Part shown: positions 42,923-52,366 of the stretch, in pieces | Numbering within the stretch: the first letter of the stretch is position 1 | Layout: every line of letters begins with the position of its first letter | Assembly (NCBI GenBank): GCA_964451145.1 | Contig: CAYVHK010000005.1 | Span: forward strand, 1 to 55,060 | Direction: 5' to 3' | Source: an uncultured bacterium | GTDB taxonomy: Bacteria; Poribacteria; WGA-4E; UBA9662 | DNA: 55,060 bases | Program-made: the position numbers and the translations under genes | Notes under the pieces: model-generated | Databases searched by the model: none | Told to the model about the DNA's origin: nothing | The model's input: only the letters and a program-made list of their open reading frames with translations

Positions 42923-43036
42923 ATTTTTTTAAAGTCCTCGACAAATTTGTTCTGATCGTAAAATGGTCGGTTATATCATATGTGTTAGCTTATTTTAGTG
43001 AAATACGTCAAGATCGTTAAACCGTGTTTTTAAAGA

Positions 43037-44713
43037 CTATTTGGCTGGTATTGGCAATTTGCCAGAATCCACGGGGTTGCCCAAAAAAGAGACTAACCAT
43101 TCAACTGTTTTTTGCTCTGCTATTGACGGCAAATAAAACGAATAAGCAAAAAAGGATTGATCAGAGACAAGGGGAATTGGTATATCTGAAAATAATACAT
43201 CACTATTAGCATGAATAGTAAGAGTAGGTGGATCTGACAGTTGGTTTGGTATAGCTAAGATTTCCCAATATTGGCGGTGAATAGGATTATGAATCACAGA
43301 AATTTTAAAAACAACCTGATCTTGTAGTTGAGCAGTATAGTTGTAGATTGATTTACCAACCCCAATCAGATGAGCCTGAGATGACAGACTAGGTACTAGT
43401 ATTACTTCATCCTCTTGCCATCCAAAATCCGGAACAATTTTACCAGCTCGAGTGGTGATCGGGAAATTAATAATATCTACTAGTTTCCCACGATTTCGAG
43501 TTACCAACTGAATATCATAATTGTACGTACCATCTGTCTCGATAGATATAGACAGCGCTTTATCTCCTGAGGTTTGGGCAAATGAAATGTAATTAACAGC
43601 ATAACTTTTTAGCTGCTTCTGCTCACTTTTAACAGGATAAAATTGGTGTTTTTTATCAACCCGAATAGATGGATCTGCGTGTTGATAACCGTATTGACCG
43701 TTGGCAAAATCAAGATCATCGACCAAATTGGCAATTTTCCAATCAGCAAAAACAGTTTGAAAGGTTTCTGGGGAACCCAAAGTATGTAAAGCATGATTAA
43801 TGCCGGCAATGCCTGAGGCTCGGTTACGTGCAACAGCGGCAATCATTTGTTCTTTCCCATGGTGCTCGTAAAGATATAGCGACCACAAATAGACTGCGCC
43901 ATAACTGGCTAAAAGGTTTGGATTGTCGCGATTCCAATCAATCAAAGATAACTCAGGGTTTGATTCAAAGTTGGACAAGTGATCAAGTGGAGGAAATCCA
44001 CAGATAAACATCGCAAACTCTGACAAACTTTCGTTTACCCATACGGTCTCGTGTCGATCGTTTCGCCAGTGAATCAAATGTTGGAATTCATGCGCGAGGA
44101 TGGTTAAACTGTCAGATTCACCAGCTACAATGGGGTTAGTGTCGAGATATACCAAATCTAACTCATTACTTTGGTACAATTTTCCCGTTTGTGGGTCTCT
44201 CAGTTTTCCTCTTTGCTGATCAACATCATTAAAGTAACCAGCTACTACTTGGCCTCTTGTGTCACTTGGAATATCCAACAGCAATATATAGATACGTTCA
44301 TCACCGTCTATATCTGGTGGTTGGCCAAATAGGTTAGTTTGGATTTGATATATCCCTCGGCTTGCATCGGCTGGTGTTGATTGCTCAAAACTGCGTATTA
44401 AGCTGGTCAAGGCGCCAAATTTGACTGTCCGTTGCCATTCCGAATCTTGAACATAAATGTAACAAAAATCGCCAATAGCCCTTAGCGTGGCTTTCAAATT
44501 ATATTGGTTTTGTGTACGAAAATTGATAGCATAGAAAATACGCTGATTACCAATTCGAGGCAGTTTAAGCTGATTTGGTGCAGACGCAACTGGCGCTATG
44601 GGAACAGTTTGGGGTAATAGATGAGTTCCATCAATCCAAGCTGGTACCGGATTAACTAGAACAAAAAGTAGAAAGAGTGAGAAAAATGACCAAGATTGCC
44701 GTTGGCTAATCAA
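43037..44713 (-). CDS. Secreted HEXXH (gluzincin-type) metallopeptidase-like protein, possibly M30/hyicolysin-like
   Basis: LTILAHEFQHLIHW (HEXXH) followed 17-20 aa later by VNESLSEFA (the third-ligand Glu of gluzincins). Signal-like N-terminus SQRQSWSFFSLFLLFVLVNPVPA. Start placed at TTG 44713, overlapping the upstream stop as TTGATTAG. The M30 assignment is from memory of the HEFQH motif only. Confidence 0.55.
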   Translation of the reverse strand: MISQRQSWSFFSLFLLFVLVNPVPAWIDGTHLLPQTVPIAPVASAPNQLKLPRIGNQRIFYAINFRTQNQYNLKATLRAIGDFCYIYVQDSEWQRTVKFGALTSLIRSFEQSTPADASRGIYQIQTNLFGQPPDIDGDERIYILLLDIPSDTRGQVVAGYFNDVDQQRGKLRDPQTGKLYQSNELDLVYLDTNPIVAGESDSLTILAHEFQHLIHWRNDRHETVWVNESLSEFAMFICGFPPLDHLSNFESNPELSLIDWNRDNPNLLASYGAVYLWSLYLYEHHGKEQMIAAVARNRASGIAGINHALHTLGSPETFQTVFADWKIANLVDDLDFANGQYGYQHADPSIRVDKKHQFYPVKSEQKQLKSYAVNYISFAQTSGDKALSISIETDGTYNYDIQLVTRNRGKLVDIINFPITTRAGKIVPDFGWQEDEVILVPSLSSQAHLIGVGKSIYNYTAQLQDQVVFKISVIHNPIHRQYWEILAIPNQLSDPPTLTIHANSDVLFSDIPIPLVSDQSFFAYSFYLPSIAEQKTVEWLVSFLGNPVDSGKLPIPAK

Positions 44714-45599
44714 TAATTTTGACACCGGCACCAACACTTAATTTTTTTGATAATCGGGGATTATCGTATATGCCCGAAACAACATAATCGTAAATCTGAT
44801 CGAGCTTAATCCGAAAAATGGGAAAAGCCGGATCAATTTCTCTAGATTTTCTTTTCCGTTTTAGCAAAGTATAGGTTTGGCCCACAATCGGTTGAGAAAA
44901 GCGACTAATATAAATCTTATTACCTTCTGCTTTTAATATAAATAGTCGTTGTTCCATTTCGTAGCGTTTCTGGCTCTGTACATCTTCTAGGTATACCCAA
45001 TTTCCTTTTGCAGGGGATCCGATTTCGACGGAGGCTTTAATTTTAGATCTTTGGACCAGTTTAGGTTTTGTCAAATCGCAAACTTTCTCTTGCCAGTTAA
45101 ATGTGTACCAACGGTTTCTAAAAAAACGAGGAATTTGGTTTGCTCTGTACACCACCAAGGATTCAAGATGGATGTTTGACTCAATTTTCTGAACGAAATT
45201 TGGCAAGGCAATTATGTAAACCGTTTGCCCAATCTGAGAGCAAATTTTGCTTTTTTGTTGCACTCTAACCAGATCACCAATTTGCAAGGACGACCCATCA
45301 AAAGTATCAGCAGTATCGGCTAAAGATAAGTCCGAATTCCTGACAAATCCATATCCAACCCAAGTTGTATTACCTTCCAGATCTTGTCGGTAAATTTCGA
45401 GGTTAGAACCTGGTTTTCGGGAGGTTCCAGTTCCCCATTCAATACTAATAATTCCTTTTTCCCCATTTACATTAATTTCCTTTATTAGTCCCTCAGTCGC
45501 GCTAATGGTTGATAACCAAAAAGCTAGAAGTATGGCATACAATAATGGGGAAAGTAATTTTGGTAACGACTTACTGTGGTAAATCAAAATGATCGCCAA
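44706..45599 (-). CDS. Hypothetical secreted protein (297 aa), no recognisable domain
   Basis: The ORF is long, co-oriented and overlaps both neighbours. N-terminal signal-like LLSPLLYAILLAFWLSTISA. I recognise no motif. The start could be TTG 45599 or 45587. Confidence 0.5.
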   Translation of the reverse strand: MAIILIYHSKSLPKLLSPLLYAILLAFWLSTISATEGLIKEINVNGEKGIISIEWGTGTSRKPGSNLEIYRQDLEGNTTWVGYGFVRNSDLSLADTADTFDGSSLQIGDLVRVQQKSKICSQIGQTVYIIALPNFVQKIESNIHLESLVVYRANQIPRFFRNRWYTFNWQEKVCDLTKPKLVQRSKIKASVEIGSPAKGNWVYLEDVQSQKRYEMEQRLFILKAEGNKIYISRFSQPIVGQTYTLLKRKRKSREIDPAFPIFRIKLDQIYDYVVSGIYDNPRLSKKLSVGAGVKIID

Positions 45600-46806
45600 G
45601 CACTTTAACTAGATTTTCTGCTAATTTTTCGGGATCGTGTCGCACGACGTCTAATTCCACTCCTTGAGAAAGGACCTTAGTTTGATGAATCATATCAGCC
45701 GTAACGATCTTTATACCGTTTAGTTGATCAATTTTGGGGTCAAACAAAATTTGCACTTTTGATGTGTTAGCAATCCGATTGATTTCACTGGATAATTGAT
45801 TGATCTGTCTAGTCAAATTACTAATAGAATCAAAAAAGTTAGTTAGTGGTTTAGTAATCGAATCTGTCTGTTCGTTAACCATAACTAATCCTTCGTCAGT
45901 ATATTTTCGAATTAGATCTAATTGGCTTTTGATTTCTTTTTGAATGTAGTTTTTGAGTATCTGAGGAGATGCTATTCCCTCATTGACTAAAACATAATCT
46001 AGATTAATAGAAGCTTGATTCATGATGGCTTTCACATGCTGAGTGACAGAATAGTTATCTGTTTCACCAGGCTGAGACATAACATTACAGATGTAAATTT
46101 TGACCGCAGATGAAGCACGAATGGCTGTGGTTATCTCAGGATATGCTAGGTTGGGCATAATACTAGTATATAAACTTCCAGGGCCAATAATGATCACATC
46201 GGAATTATTAATGGAGTCAATAGATGCCTGATGAGCTTCAACTTTGTTTTTTTCTCGAGTATGACCGTTTGGACGAGGTTCTAAAAAGATTCGCCGGATG
46301 GGATTTCGGTTTTTTCGTTCCGGTATCATTGATTCACCGCGTATGATCTCGCCATCGGTGAGCTCAGCACATAAAATCGTTGGTTGTAAACTCGCTGGTA
46401 TAATTTGCCCCCGAACAGCTAACAATTTGGATGCCAACTGGATTGCTTGAGGAAAGCTATTATGATTAAGTTCCGTTAAAGCAATTAACAATAAGTTTCC
46501 AATATTGTGTCCACCTAAAGGGCCATCACTAGAAAAACGATACTCAAATAGATTGGAAACCAGTTCGTCTGAATTTGATAAGGAAACTAAAAGTTTCCGA
46601 ATGTCTCCCGGTGGTAGAGTATCAAATTCTTTTAATAGCCTTCCCGTACTACCTCCATCGTCAGAGACAGTGACTATAGCCGACAACTCATCCATATTAA
46701 TTATTTCCGAACCGTTTTGGCTGTTTTTGTTAAAGACTTTAATTCCCTTTAAAAGGGAAGATAAGCCGGTACCACCGCCAATACATACTAATCTTAGTGA
46801 TTTCAT
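45571..46806 (-). CDS. yvcK: YvcK/GlmR (CofD-like, UPF0052) family protein with a roughly 60-aa internal insertion
   Basis: LVCIGGGTGLSSLLKGIK, VTVSDDGGSTGRL, PPGDIRK, IIGPGSLYTSIMPNL, and a C-terminal RHDPEKLAENL. At 411 aa it exceeds the ~320 aa typical of the family. The extra segment is KEIKSQLDLIRKYTDEG...SSEINRIANTSK. Confidence 0.85.
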   Translation of the reverse strand: MKSLRLVCIGGGTGLSSLLKGIKVFNKNSQNGSEIINMDELSAIVTVSDDGGSTGRLLKEFDTLPPGDIRKLLVSLSNSDELVSNLFEYRFSSDGPLGGHNIGNLLLIALTELNHNSFPQAIQLASKLLAVRGQIIPASLQPTILCAELTDGEIIRGESMIPERKNRNPIRRIFLEPRPNGHTREKNKVEAHQASIDSINNSDVIIIGPGSLYTSIMPNLAYPEITTAIRASSAVKIYICNVMSQPGETDNYSVTQHVKAIMNQASINLDYVLVNEGIASPQILKNYIQKEIKSQLDLIRKYTDEGLVMVNEQTDSITKPLTNFFDSISNLTRQINQLSSEINRIANTSKVQILFDPKIDQLNGIKIVTADMIHQTKVLSQGVELDVVRHDPEKLAENLVKVLGDHFDLPQ

Positions 46807-46877
46807 TACTTAACCAAATGTGTTTTGAATCTTTACCTAACAATAACGATTAATATTTGATATTTGTTACTGTTGCT

Positions 46878-48284
46878 TTATTCCATTTTCAATTCCATCA
46901 GCATTTTTTGCAATCGTTGGTATGTTTTCTGGGCAAGTTGTTTTGCCTCATTTTTGGAGGGCGCCTCGCTAAAAATGCGCATTACTGGCTCAGTACCGGA
47001 TTTACGGATATTGACCCATCGATCTGGCCATATAAATTTGATACCATCAGTTAAATCTAAGACAAAGTTCGAAAAGCCATCACAATCGATAGTAGTTCGC
47101 TGCAATAGTTCATCAGCCAAAATATGCGATTCAATTTTAAGTTGAATTTTATGCATAGCATATTGTGGAAATTTTCCGATACAAGACTGAATTGAGAAAT
47201 TATGATCAGCTAACATCTGGACAATAATGGCAATGGCAGCAATTCCGTCTGTTGTATATTGCCAGTCAGGCAATATTACGCCCCCAGTACCTTCACCTCC
47301 TAAGACTAGAGCTCTAGGAATTTCCTCTAACAGCTGTCTCATTTTTTCTACCACAAAACTAACCCCAACCGGCACACGAAATAAATTAGCCTTATAACGA
47401 GTAGCAATGTCGTCGATTAGCCGACTAGTTGAAACGGTCCCTATCAGATAAGCCGGTTGGTTGATTTTTTGCAATAGGAAGTCAGCTATCAAAGCAAAGG
47501 TATATTCGCTACTTATAGCACAACCGAACTGATCAACGATCACCAATCGATCTGCGTCCCCATCGTGAGCTAAACCGAGATCTGCTTCTTCGGCTCGGAC
47601 CGTTTGGCATAGTTGACTCAAAGCTTCAGGGTTTGGTTCACTAGGACGCGGAAAAAACCCATTAGGCTGACAAAAAACCTCAAAAACCTGACAGCCTAGT
47701 TTTTTTAACAAGATAGGACTAATTTGGCTACCGGCGCCATTACCAGCATCAATAACTACTTTTAATTGGCGAGCGTGTGTTTGCTCCAAATTGACCCATT
47801 GAGAAGTTAAGATTTCTTCTATATGGTAATTAACTGCATGATTCAGTTTTTCTATTTGTCCTTGTTTTTGCCAAGAACATAGCTTCATCTCTTGGTTATG
47901 GTAAATATCTAGGAACTTTTTTCGATCTTGATTGTTTAGCAATCGACCTGATCGTTTGGCAAATTCTAGTCCGTTCCACTCAGCTGGATTGTGACTGGCG
48001 GTAATCATAATACTACCATCAGCTTGTTGTTGCTTAGACATTAGTAGAACAGTTGGTGTTGGACACATACCAACATCTAAGATCGTACATCCTGTTCCGA
48101 TCAAGCCCGCACAAACGGCATGAAGAAACATTGGACTGGAAGTTCGGCTATCATGCCCCACAACAATTCGCCCACCATCGATAAAATTTCCGAACGCTAC
48201 CGCTAACCGAATTACCACATCTGGTGTCAATGATTGACCAACGACACCTCTGGCACCAGAAGCACTAATAATTAACTCTGACAA
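46878..48284 (-). CDS. Phosphohexomutase (PGM/PMM/GlmM superfamily)
   Basis: SASGARGVVG, active-site-Ser loop ITASHNPAEWNGLEF, metal loop AHDGDADRL, sugar loop GGEGTGGVI, phosphate loop RKSGTEPVMRI. I cannot decide substrate specificity (GlcN-1-P versus Glc/Man-1-P) from motifs alone. TTG start. Confidence 0.85.
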   Translation of the reverse strand: MSELIISASGARGVVGQSLTPDVVIRLAVAFGNFIDGGRIVVGHDSRTSSPMFLHAVCAGLIGTGCTILDVGMCPTPTVLLMSKQQQADGSIMITASHNPAEWNGLEFAKRSGRLLNNQDRKKFLDIYHNQEMKLCSWQKQGQIEKLNHAVNYHIEEILTSQWVNLEQTHARQLKVVIDAGNGAGSQISPILLKKLGCQVFEVFCQPNGFFPRPSEPNPEALSQLCQTVRAEEADLGLAHDGDADRLVIVDQFGCAISSEYTFALIADFLLQKINQPAYLIGTVSTSRLIDDIATRYKANLFRVPVGVSFVVEKMRQLLEEIPRALVLGGEGTGGVILPDWQYTTDGIAAIAIIVQMLADHNFSIQSCIGKFPQYAMHKIQLKIESHILADELLQRTTIDCDGFSNFVLDLTDGIKFIWPDRWVNIRKSGTEPVMRIFSEAPSKNEAKQLAQKTYQRLQKMLMELKME

Positions 48285-48304
48285 TGATTTATTTCCTTAG
48301 TTAT

Positions 48305-49132
48305 TTATGGTTTAGGCCTAAAAGCAAAAAATAGCATTAAAACTGAGAATAACATCTGCAAAATGCAAATCCATGTCCAATTTGGGTAGACAAAATGATA
48401 AGAAGCAACTGGTAGGATTTGGTACAAATACGGTGTTCTGAAAATAGAAGTGTCTTGTTCCAACAATTGACAAATAGCAATCATCGGATTGAAGTACAGA
48501 AAGTATGGTATTACTCTTTCTAAGCTAAACGAGTAACGATCTAAAGGAACTAAAATAAAAGGTGAAAAAATAATACCTAGCCACCAAACAATCGCTAATT
48601 GAATCGAATAGACATTACTTAACCGACCAAAGATAATTTGTGTCCATAAACCAGATGCACTACCAATAACAATAAATACAGCTAATACCAGGTGCAGACG
48701 CAAAAGAGTTAAAATAGAAATAGGGTGGCTTGTAAGATTGTAATTGAAAATTGACCAACTGATCATGCTGAGCCCAATTGCTATCCAAATAGCAATTTGT
48801 TGTTTACCTACAATTGGTAGCAAGAATTGCCACTTTTGACGTGTTGACACGAAACTATCATTAGCAAAGGAGATCGCAGTTAAATTTGCTAATACAGGAG
48901 AAATGAATAGTATCGATAGACCTTCCGACAGAAAAATCAGCTTAGATTCCTTACCCAGTTGAGCGTGGCTAAGTCCGCCAAAAAATATCAGAGTGAGACC
49001 TGCAAAGGACAACAATGTTAAAAAAAAAGGATATGATCTTCTCAGAAACTGATTTTTTACCGATTGGCGTGATTGACTAAAAAAAAAATCAAGGATCCAA
49101 ATATGAAGCAAGCTTGCCAATCGATTAGGCAT
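48305..49132 (-). CDS. Polytopic membrane protein (about 6 TM helices; ABC-2-permease-like topology, no ATPase partner nearby)
   Basis: 275-aa ORF with repeated hydrophobic stretches (FFLTLLSFAGLTLIFFGGL, ILFISPVLANLTAISF, IAIWIAIGLSMISWSIF, LVLAVFIVIGSASGLW, LAIVWWLGIIFSPFILV, ICILQMLFSVLMLFFAF). The start overlaps the upstream stop by 8 nt. Confidence 0.6.
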   Translation of the reverse strand: MPNRLASLLHIWILDFFFSQSRQSVKNQFLRRSYPFFLTLLSFAGLTLIFFGGLSHAQLGKESKLIFLSEGLSILFISPVLANLTAISFANDSFVSTRQKWQFLLPIVGKQQIAIWIAIGLSMISWSIFNYNLTSHPISILTLLRLHLVLAVFIVIGSASGLWTQIIFGRLSNVYSIQLAIVWWLGIIFSPFILVPLDRYSFSLERVIPYFLYFNPMIAICQLLEQDTSIFRTPYLYQILPVASYHFVYPNWTWICILQMLFSVLMLFFAFRPKP

Positions 49133-49811
49133 TTTCGTTTTCTAGTTCGTTTTCAATTTGCGTAATTGCTTGTGCAACCGCATGTAGATTTGGATTTAGT
49201 TCCAGTGCTTTTGAATAAGCGCTATTGGCAGAAGACAGATGTCCCAATTCCCAATAACAATGTCCTATACCAGCGTAAGCGCCAAAATGGCTGGGATTTA
49301 GGTTGATCGTTTGTTGGCAATCAGAAATGGCTTGTGCCCAATTACCTTTTAGAAAGCGGACAATTGCTCGCTGATTGTAAGCCTCTGCAAAATCAGGAGC
49401 TAAACCAATCAATTTGGTCAATACGACTTCCGCTTGATCTAGCGTTCGACTTTCAATTAATCTGGCTCCGGAAACTAGAATTTGTTCGTGTTGGGAATTG
49501 CCAGAGCGAAACCAAATTGACCAAATTGATTTTTCCGCTTGCGTGCGAGTTTTTATGTCCCGATGTTTCAGCAGTTTTAGAAGATCAGAAACTACATCCT
49601 GTGTACCGACTAATCCTAGGGCGTAGGTAGCAGAAGTTCTAGTCAAATCGCTTCTAACCGACAGTAATTTGACTAAATCCATTTGTGAATAATGGTCTTC
49701 AAGTTTTTGTTTAAACCCTTTCTCGTGGTGGCGATGTTTAACCAAAAACTGAGCTAGTTTAGAGTAACCGTTTCCTTCAACCATTAGAACAGCCCAAAAT
49801 TGCCTTATCAT
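49125..49811 (-). CDS. HEAT + TPR repeat protein
   Basis: HEAT-like TRTSATYALGLVGTQDVVSDLLKLLKHRDIKTRTQAEKSIW, followed by TPR units (AEAYNQRAIVRFLKGNWAQAISDCQQTINLNPSH, FGAYAGIGHCYWELGHLSSANSAYSKALELNPN). Confidence 0.7.
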   Translation of the reverse strand: MIRQFWAVLMVEGNGYSKLAQFLVKHRHHEKGFKQKLEDHYSQMDLVKLLSVRSDLTRTSATYALGLVGTQDVVSDLLKLLKHRDIKTRTQAEKSIWSIWFRSGNSQHEQILVSGARLIESRTLDQAEVVLTKLIGLAPDFAEAYNQRAIVRFLKGNWAQAISDCQQTINLNPSHFGAYAGIGHCYWELGHLSSANSAYSKALELNPNLHAVAQAITQIENELENENA

Positions 49812-50296
49812 ACCATAAGCTTAATAAATCTGTCAGAATAACTTGGGTTTTAAAGAAGACTATTAACATTGTAATCTATTAGTCTTGGCCAAGATTAATC
49901 AATTTATATGCTGGAACAAGCACACAAAAAATGAGAGTTGTTAATTCTAGGATCTCGAGTGAAATACGTACTAAATAAAAAAGAAAGAGAAATATGTATG
50001 TTCATTTGGTTATTTAGTAAAAGAGATGAAATTAACACTCAATAAGTCGATAAAAAATGGATAATATCTAGTTGCCAACCATTTTTATGAAAAATAAGTA
50101 AATTTTGAGTGTGGTGATTCGTTGTGATATAGAAAGTGCTTATAGAAGTTAGTTTAGAATCGAGTGTCGATATGATGTCAGACATCCGAAAAAATTCCAA
50201 GATTAATTTTGTGGGAAAATAATAAATTACGTGGCAGGAAAATAGGAATGATTCAAATAAAAGAAAAGCACCATAAGTTAGTAAATAACTGTAGCT

Positions 50297-51235
50297 TTGC
50301 TATTGCTCTCTCTATTCTTACTGTTTTTTTCGGCTAGTCGTATTGCCCTCTCTGATATTGCGACACAAAACTATGACTGGAATTCATCTAGACAACTACG
50401 TTCAGGGATTCAATATGCACACATTAAGTTGTTTACACCTCGAAAAATAGTTATTAATTGTCTACAAATTGACACACACACACCAGGTATGAGACTATAT
50501 ACAACACCACGTTGCATTGAATGGGCAGAAGGTGAGTCTGAAACAATTCGTCAAACGACACGTAATTTTATCCGCAAATCTCAACAAACGCATCAAAAAT
50601 TAGCGGTCGCAATCAATGCAAGTCCTTTTTCACCTTGGACAGCCCCATATTACAAGGAAGAGCCAACAGATATCTCTGGTTTTTCCGTCTCTCAAGGCGT
50701 CGTGGTATCCAATCAGAACAATATAGCATCATTCTTGGTGAGCAAAAGTGGTATACCAAAAATCGCTAAAGTTTCTGCTGAGGTTGATATATCAAAGATT
50801 GAAACGGCAGTTAGTGGGTTTGGTTTATGTCTAGTGGATGGAAAAGCTGTTGTCTCGGGGCCAGACTTGCATCCACGCACTGGAATAGGTTTGTCCAAAA
50901 ATGGTCAATACGTCTTTTTTTTGACAATTGATGGTCGACAACCTGCTAGTTTCGGCGCAACAGTTCAAGATGTTGGCAATTTGCTGAAAATGTTTGGAGC
51001 ACACACCGGAATCAACATGGATGGTGGAGGTTCAACAACGATGGCATGGTGGGATTCTACTATGCAAGGGACGGATAAGTGTCGGCTATTAAATCAACCG
51101 GTTGGCAATGGTGATGACTACGAAAAAACAGAGGAAACACCAATTTTCACCCCAACAGAACGGGCTAATGGAAACAACCTTGGCGTATATTTTCTTGAAA
51201 CCAATAAAGGCTTATCTCCGAAAACGAAAAAATAA
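50297..51235 (+). CDS. Phosphodiester glycosidase (NAGPA-domain) family protein, secreted
   Basis: C-terminal GINMDGGGSTTM and FFLTIDGRQ motifs typical of the NAGPA/DUF2233 family. Hydrophobic N-terminus LLLSLFLLFFSAS. The TTG start is the first start codon after an in-frame TAA at 50282-50284. Confidence 0.7.
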   Translation: MLLLSLFLLFFSASRIALSDIATQNYDWNSSRQLRSGIQYAHIKLFTPRKIVINCLQIDTHTPGMRLYTTPRCIEWAEGESETIRQTTRNFIRKSQQTHQKLAVAINASPFSPWTAPYYKEEPTDISGFSVSQGVVVSNQNNIASFLVSKSGIPKIAKVSAEVDISKIETAVSGFGLCLVDGKAVVSGPDLHPRTGIGLSKNGQYVFFLTIDGRQPASFGATVQDVGNLLKMFGAHTGINMDGGGSTTMAWWDSTMQGTDKCRLLNQPVGNGDDYEKTEETPIFTPTERANGNNLGVYFLETNKGLSPKTKK

Positions 51236-51283
51236 GCATCTCTATTACATTTAAATGACAGTCTTTGGAAGAGTAAACTTTAT

Positions 51284-51317
51284 GTTTCATCGATCGCTTT
51301 AGAAGGGTCGATGAAAC
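51284..51317. terminator. Stem-loop in the convergent gap (10-bp perfect stem)
   Basis: GTTTCATCGA (51284-51293) pairs with TCGATGAAAC (51308-51317) around a 14-nt loop, 49 nt after the NAGPA-like stop. There is no clear U-tract. Confidence 0.4.
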
Positions 51318-51389
51318 ACACAAGCCTACATTTGAAGTTTTCAAATCTGAGTATTATCAAGTTGCTAGAAAAAATTATGACAATCATTT

Positions 51390-51425
51390 GTAACTGTTGA
51401 TACATCTGATTTTATCAACGGTTAC
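51390..51425. terminator. Stem-loop in the convergent gap (13-bp stem, one G-T pair)
   Basis: GTAACTGTTGATA (51390-51402) pairs with TATCAACGGTTAC (51413-51425), 21 nt past the stop of the minus-strand gene 51446-52255. On the minus strand an A/T-rich tract ending in TTTTTT follows. Confidence 0.45.
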
Positions 51426-51445
51426 AGCTATAATGGCAATAGGTT

Positions 51446-52255
51446 TTAGAATTGCCTAATTTCTCCCCAAACAGTTGCAAGTTTACTTTCAGAATTCACT
51501 GCAAATGGCCCCAGTTTAGCCGGTTGCCAATACGATGGAGATTGCCAATAACCACCAGCACCGTCAGCAGGCACTCTGACTTCCCCTGAGCGTGCGCCCC
51601 CCTTATCGGTGTCGCCACCGATAAAGTAGACTCCTAAGTTGGCATTTTCTAGATCCTTCAGTTTTTTTTCAAAAAGAGCGAGAGGAATGGCGGCCTCAAC
51701 GTACCACCCACCGTCAATAGGACCGCTTTTCCTTTTTTTTGTAACCTTATCTCCATCTAGATCTCCGTGACCAGGCCCATTATACCCGCACTCTTTAAGC
51801 ATTGGCTCCCATTTTCCTTTCGAGTTCTGAGGGGTAAAGATAAAAGCCCAATCGCCTTCTCCATCCATTTGTTGTCGTTTTTTATAGTCGCCTTCCACGT
51901 TAATATAAAAGCGAATATAGTCGGAGTCTTTGAAATCGCGGGAAACAGCATCCTTGCAGGAAATATTATTGTCTTTAGCGGTACAAGAAAAATACAAATA
52001 ATCTTGATCGTATGAAAGATAAGTCGAAAAATAGTCGTCCTTTATTGTACCCGCGATACAAACTAAGGAAAGGTCAAACCTAGCTGATTTGGCATCTAAA
52101 TCGGCTTCCAGCTTACCGTCAATTGTCATTTTTCCGTAAGGAATAGTGGTTGGAGCCGCACCAGCTACAAGAGTTATCGCCATAAAAATTACCATAATAG
52201 TAAAAGATAAAATTCGACAATGATTATATTTAAATCGATTCATATTTAACTCCAT
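51446..52255 (-). CDS. Secreted carbohydrate-binding family 9 (CBM9/DOMON-like) domain protein
   Basis: Signal or anchor ILSFTIMVIFMAITLVAGAAP. Pattern KMTIDGKLE...YLSYDQDYLYFSCTAKD...DSDYIRFYINV...GWYVEAAIPLALF...VYFIGGDTD...YWQSPSYW resembles the CBM9 fold signature (I.iDG.l...yD...LY.a..v.D...D.v.i.i....y..E..iP). Assigned from memory of the family pattern. Confidence 0.5.
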   Translation of the reverse strand: MELNMNRFKYNHCRILSFTIMVIFMAITLVAGAAPTTIPYGKMTIDGKLEADLDAKSARFDLSLVCIAGTIKDDYFSTYLSYDQDYLYFSCTAKDNNISCKDAVSRDFKDSDYIRFYINVEGDYKKRQQMDGEGDWAFIFTPQNSKGKWEPMLKECGYNGPGHGDLDGDKVTKKRKSGPIDGGWYVEAAIPLALFEKKLKDLENANLGVYFIGGDTDKGGARSGEVRVPADGAGGYWQSPSYWQPAKLGPFAVNSESKLATVWGEIRQF

Positions 52256-52366
52256 TAATTAATTTTAGTAATTGGTTAGAGTCTAATCAACTCCCATCTC
52301 CACTGCCCATTATCATATCACAAACCAAACATATATACTTGCTATACTTGCCAAAACATCCGTTTT

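Noticed and set aside
42923-43036. T-box or other leader upstream of glyQS
   Set aside because: The gap is only 114 nt, too short for a T-box. I could not find a specifier-loop/antiterminator arrangement or the conserved T-box sequence.
49812-50296. Replication origin (AT-rich, with DnaA-box-like strings such as TGGATAAT and TGTGGTGAT)
   Set aside because: No string matches TTATNCACA at better than about 6-7 of 9 positions. There is no clustering in a consistent orientation and no dnaA/dnaN nearby.
50247-50330. Possible frameshift at the T7 run (50324-50330) joining an upstream ATG (MIQIKEKHHK...) to the NAGPA-like ORF
   Set aside because: On coordinate-by-coordinate re-reading, the ATG frame ends at TAA 50286-50288 (MIQIKEKHHKLGK). 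The mature frame is closed by TAA at 50282-50284. No single slip in the T-run can join them, so the TTG start at 50297 stands.
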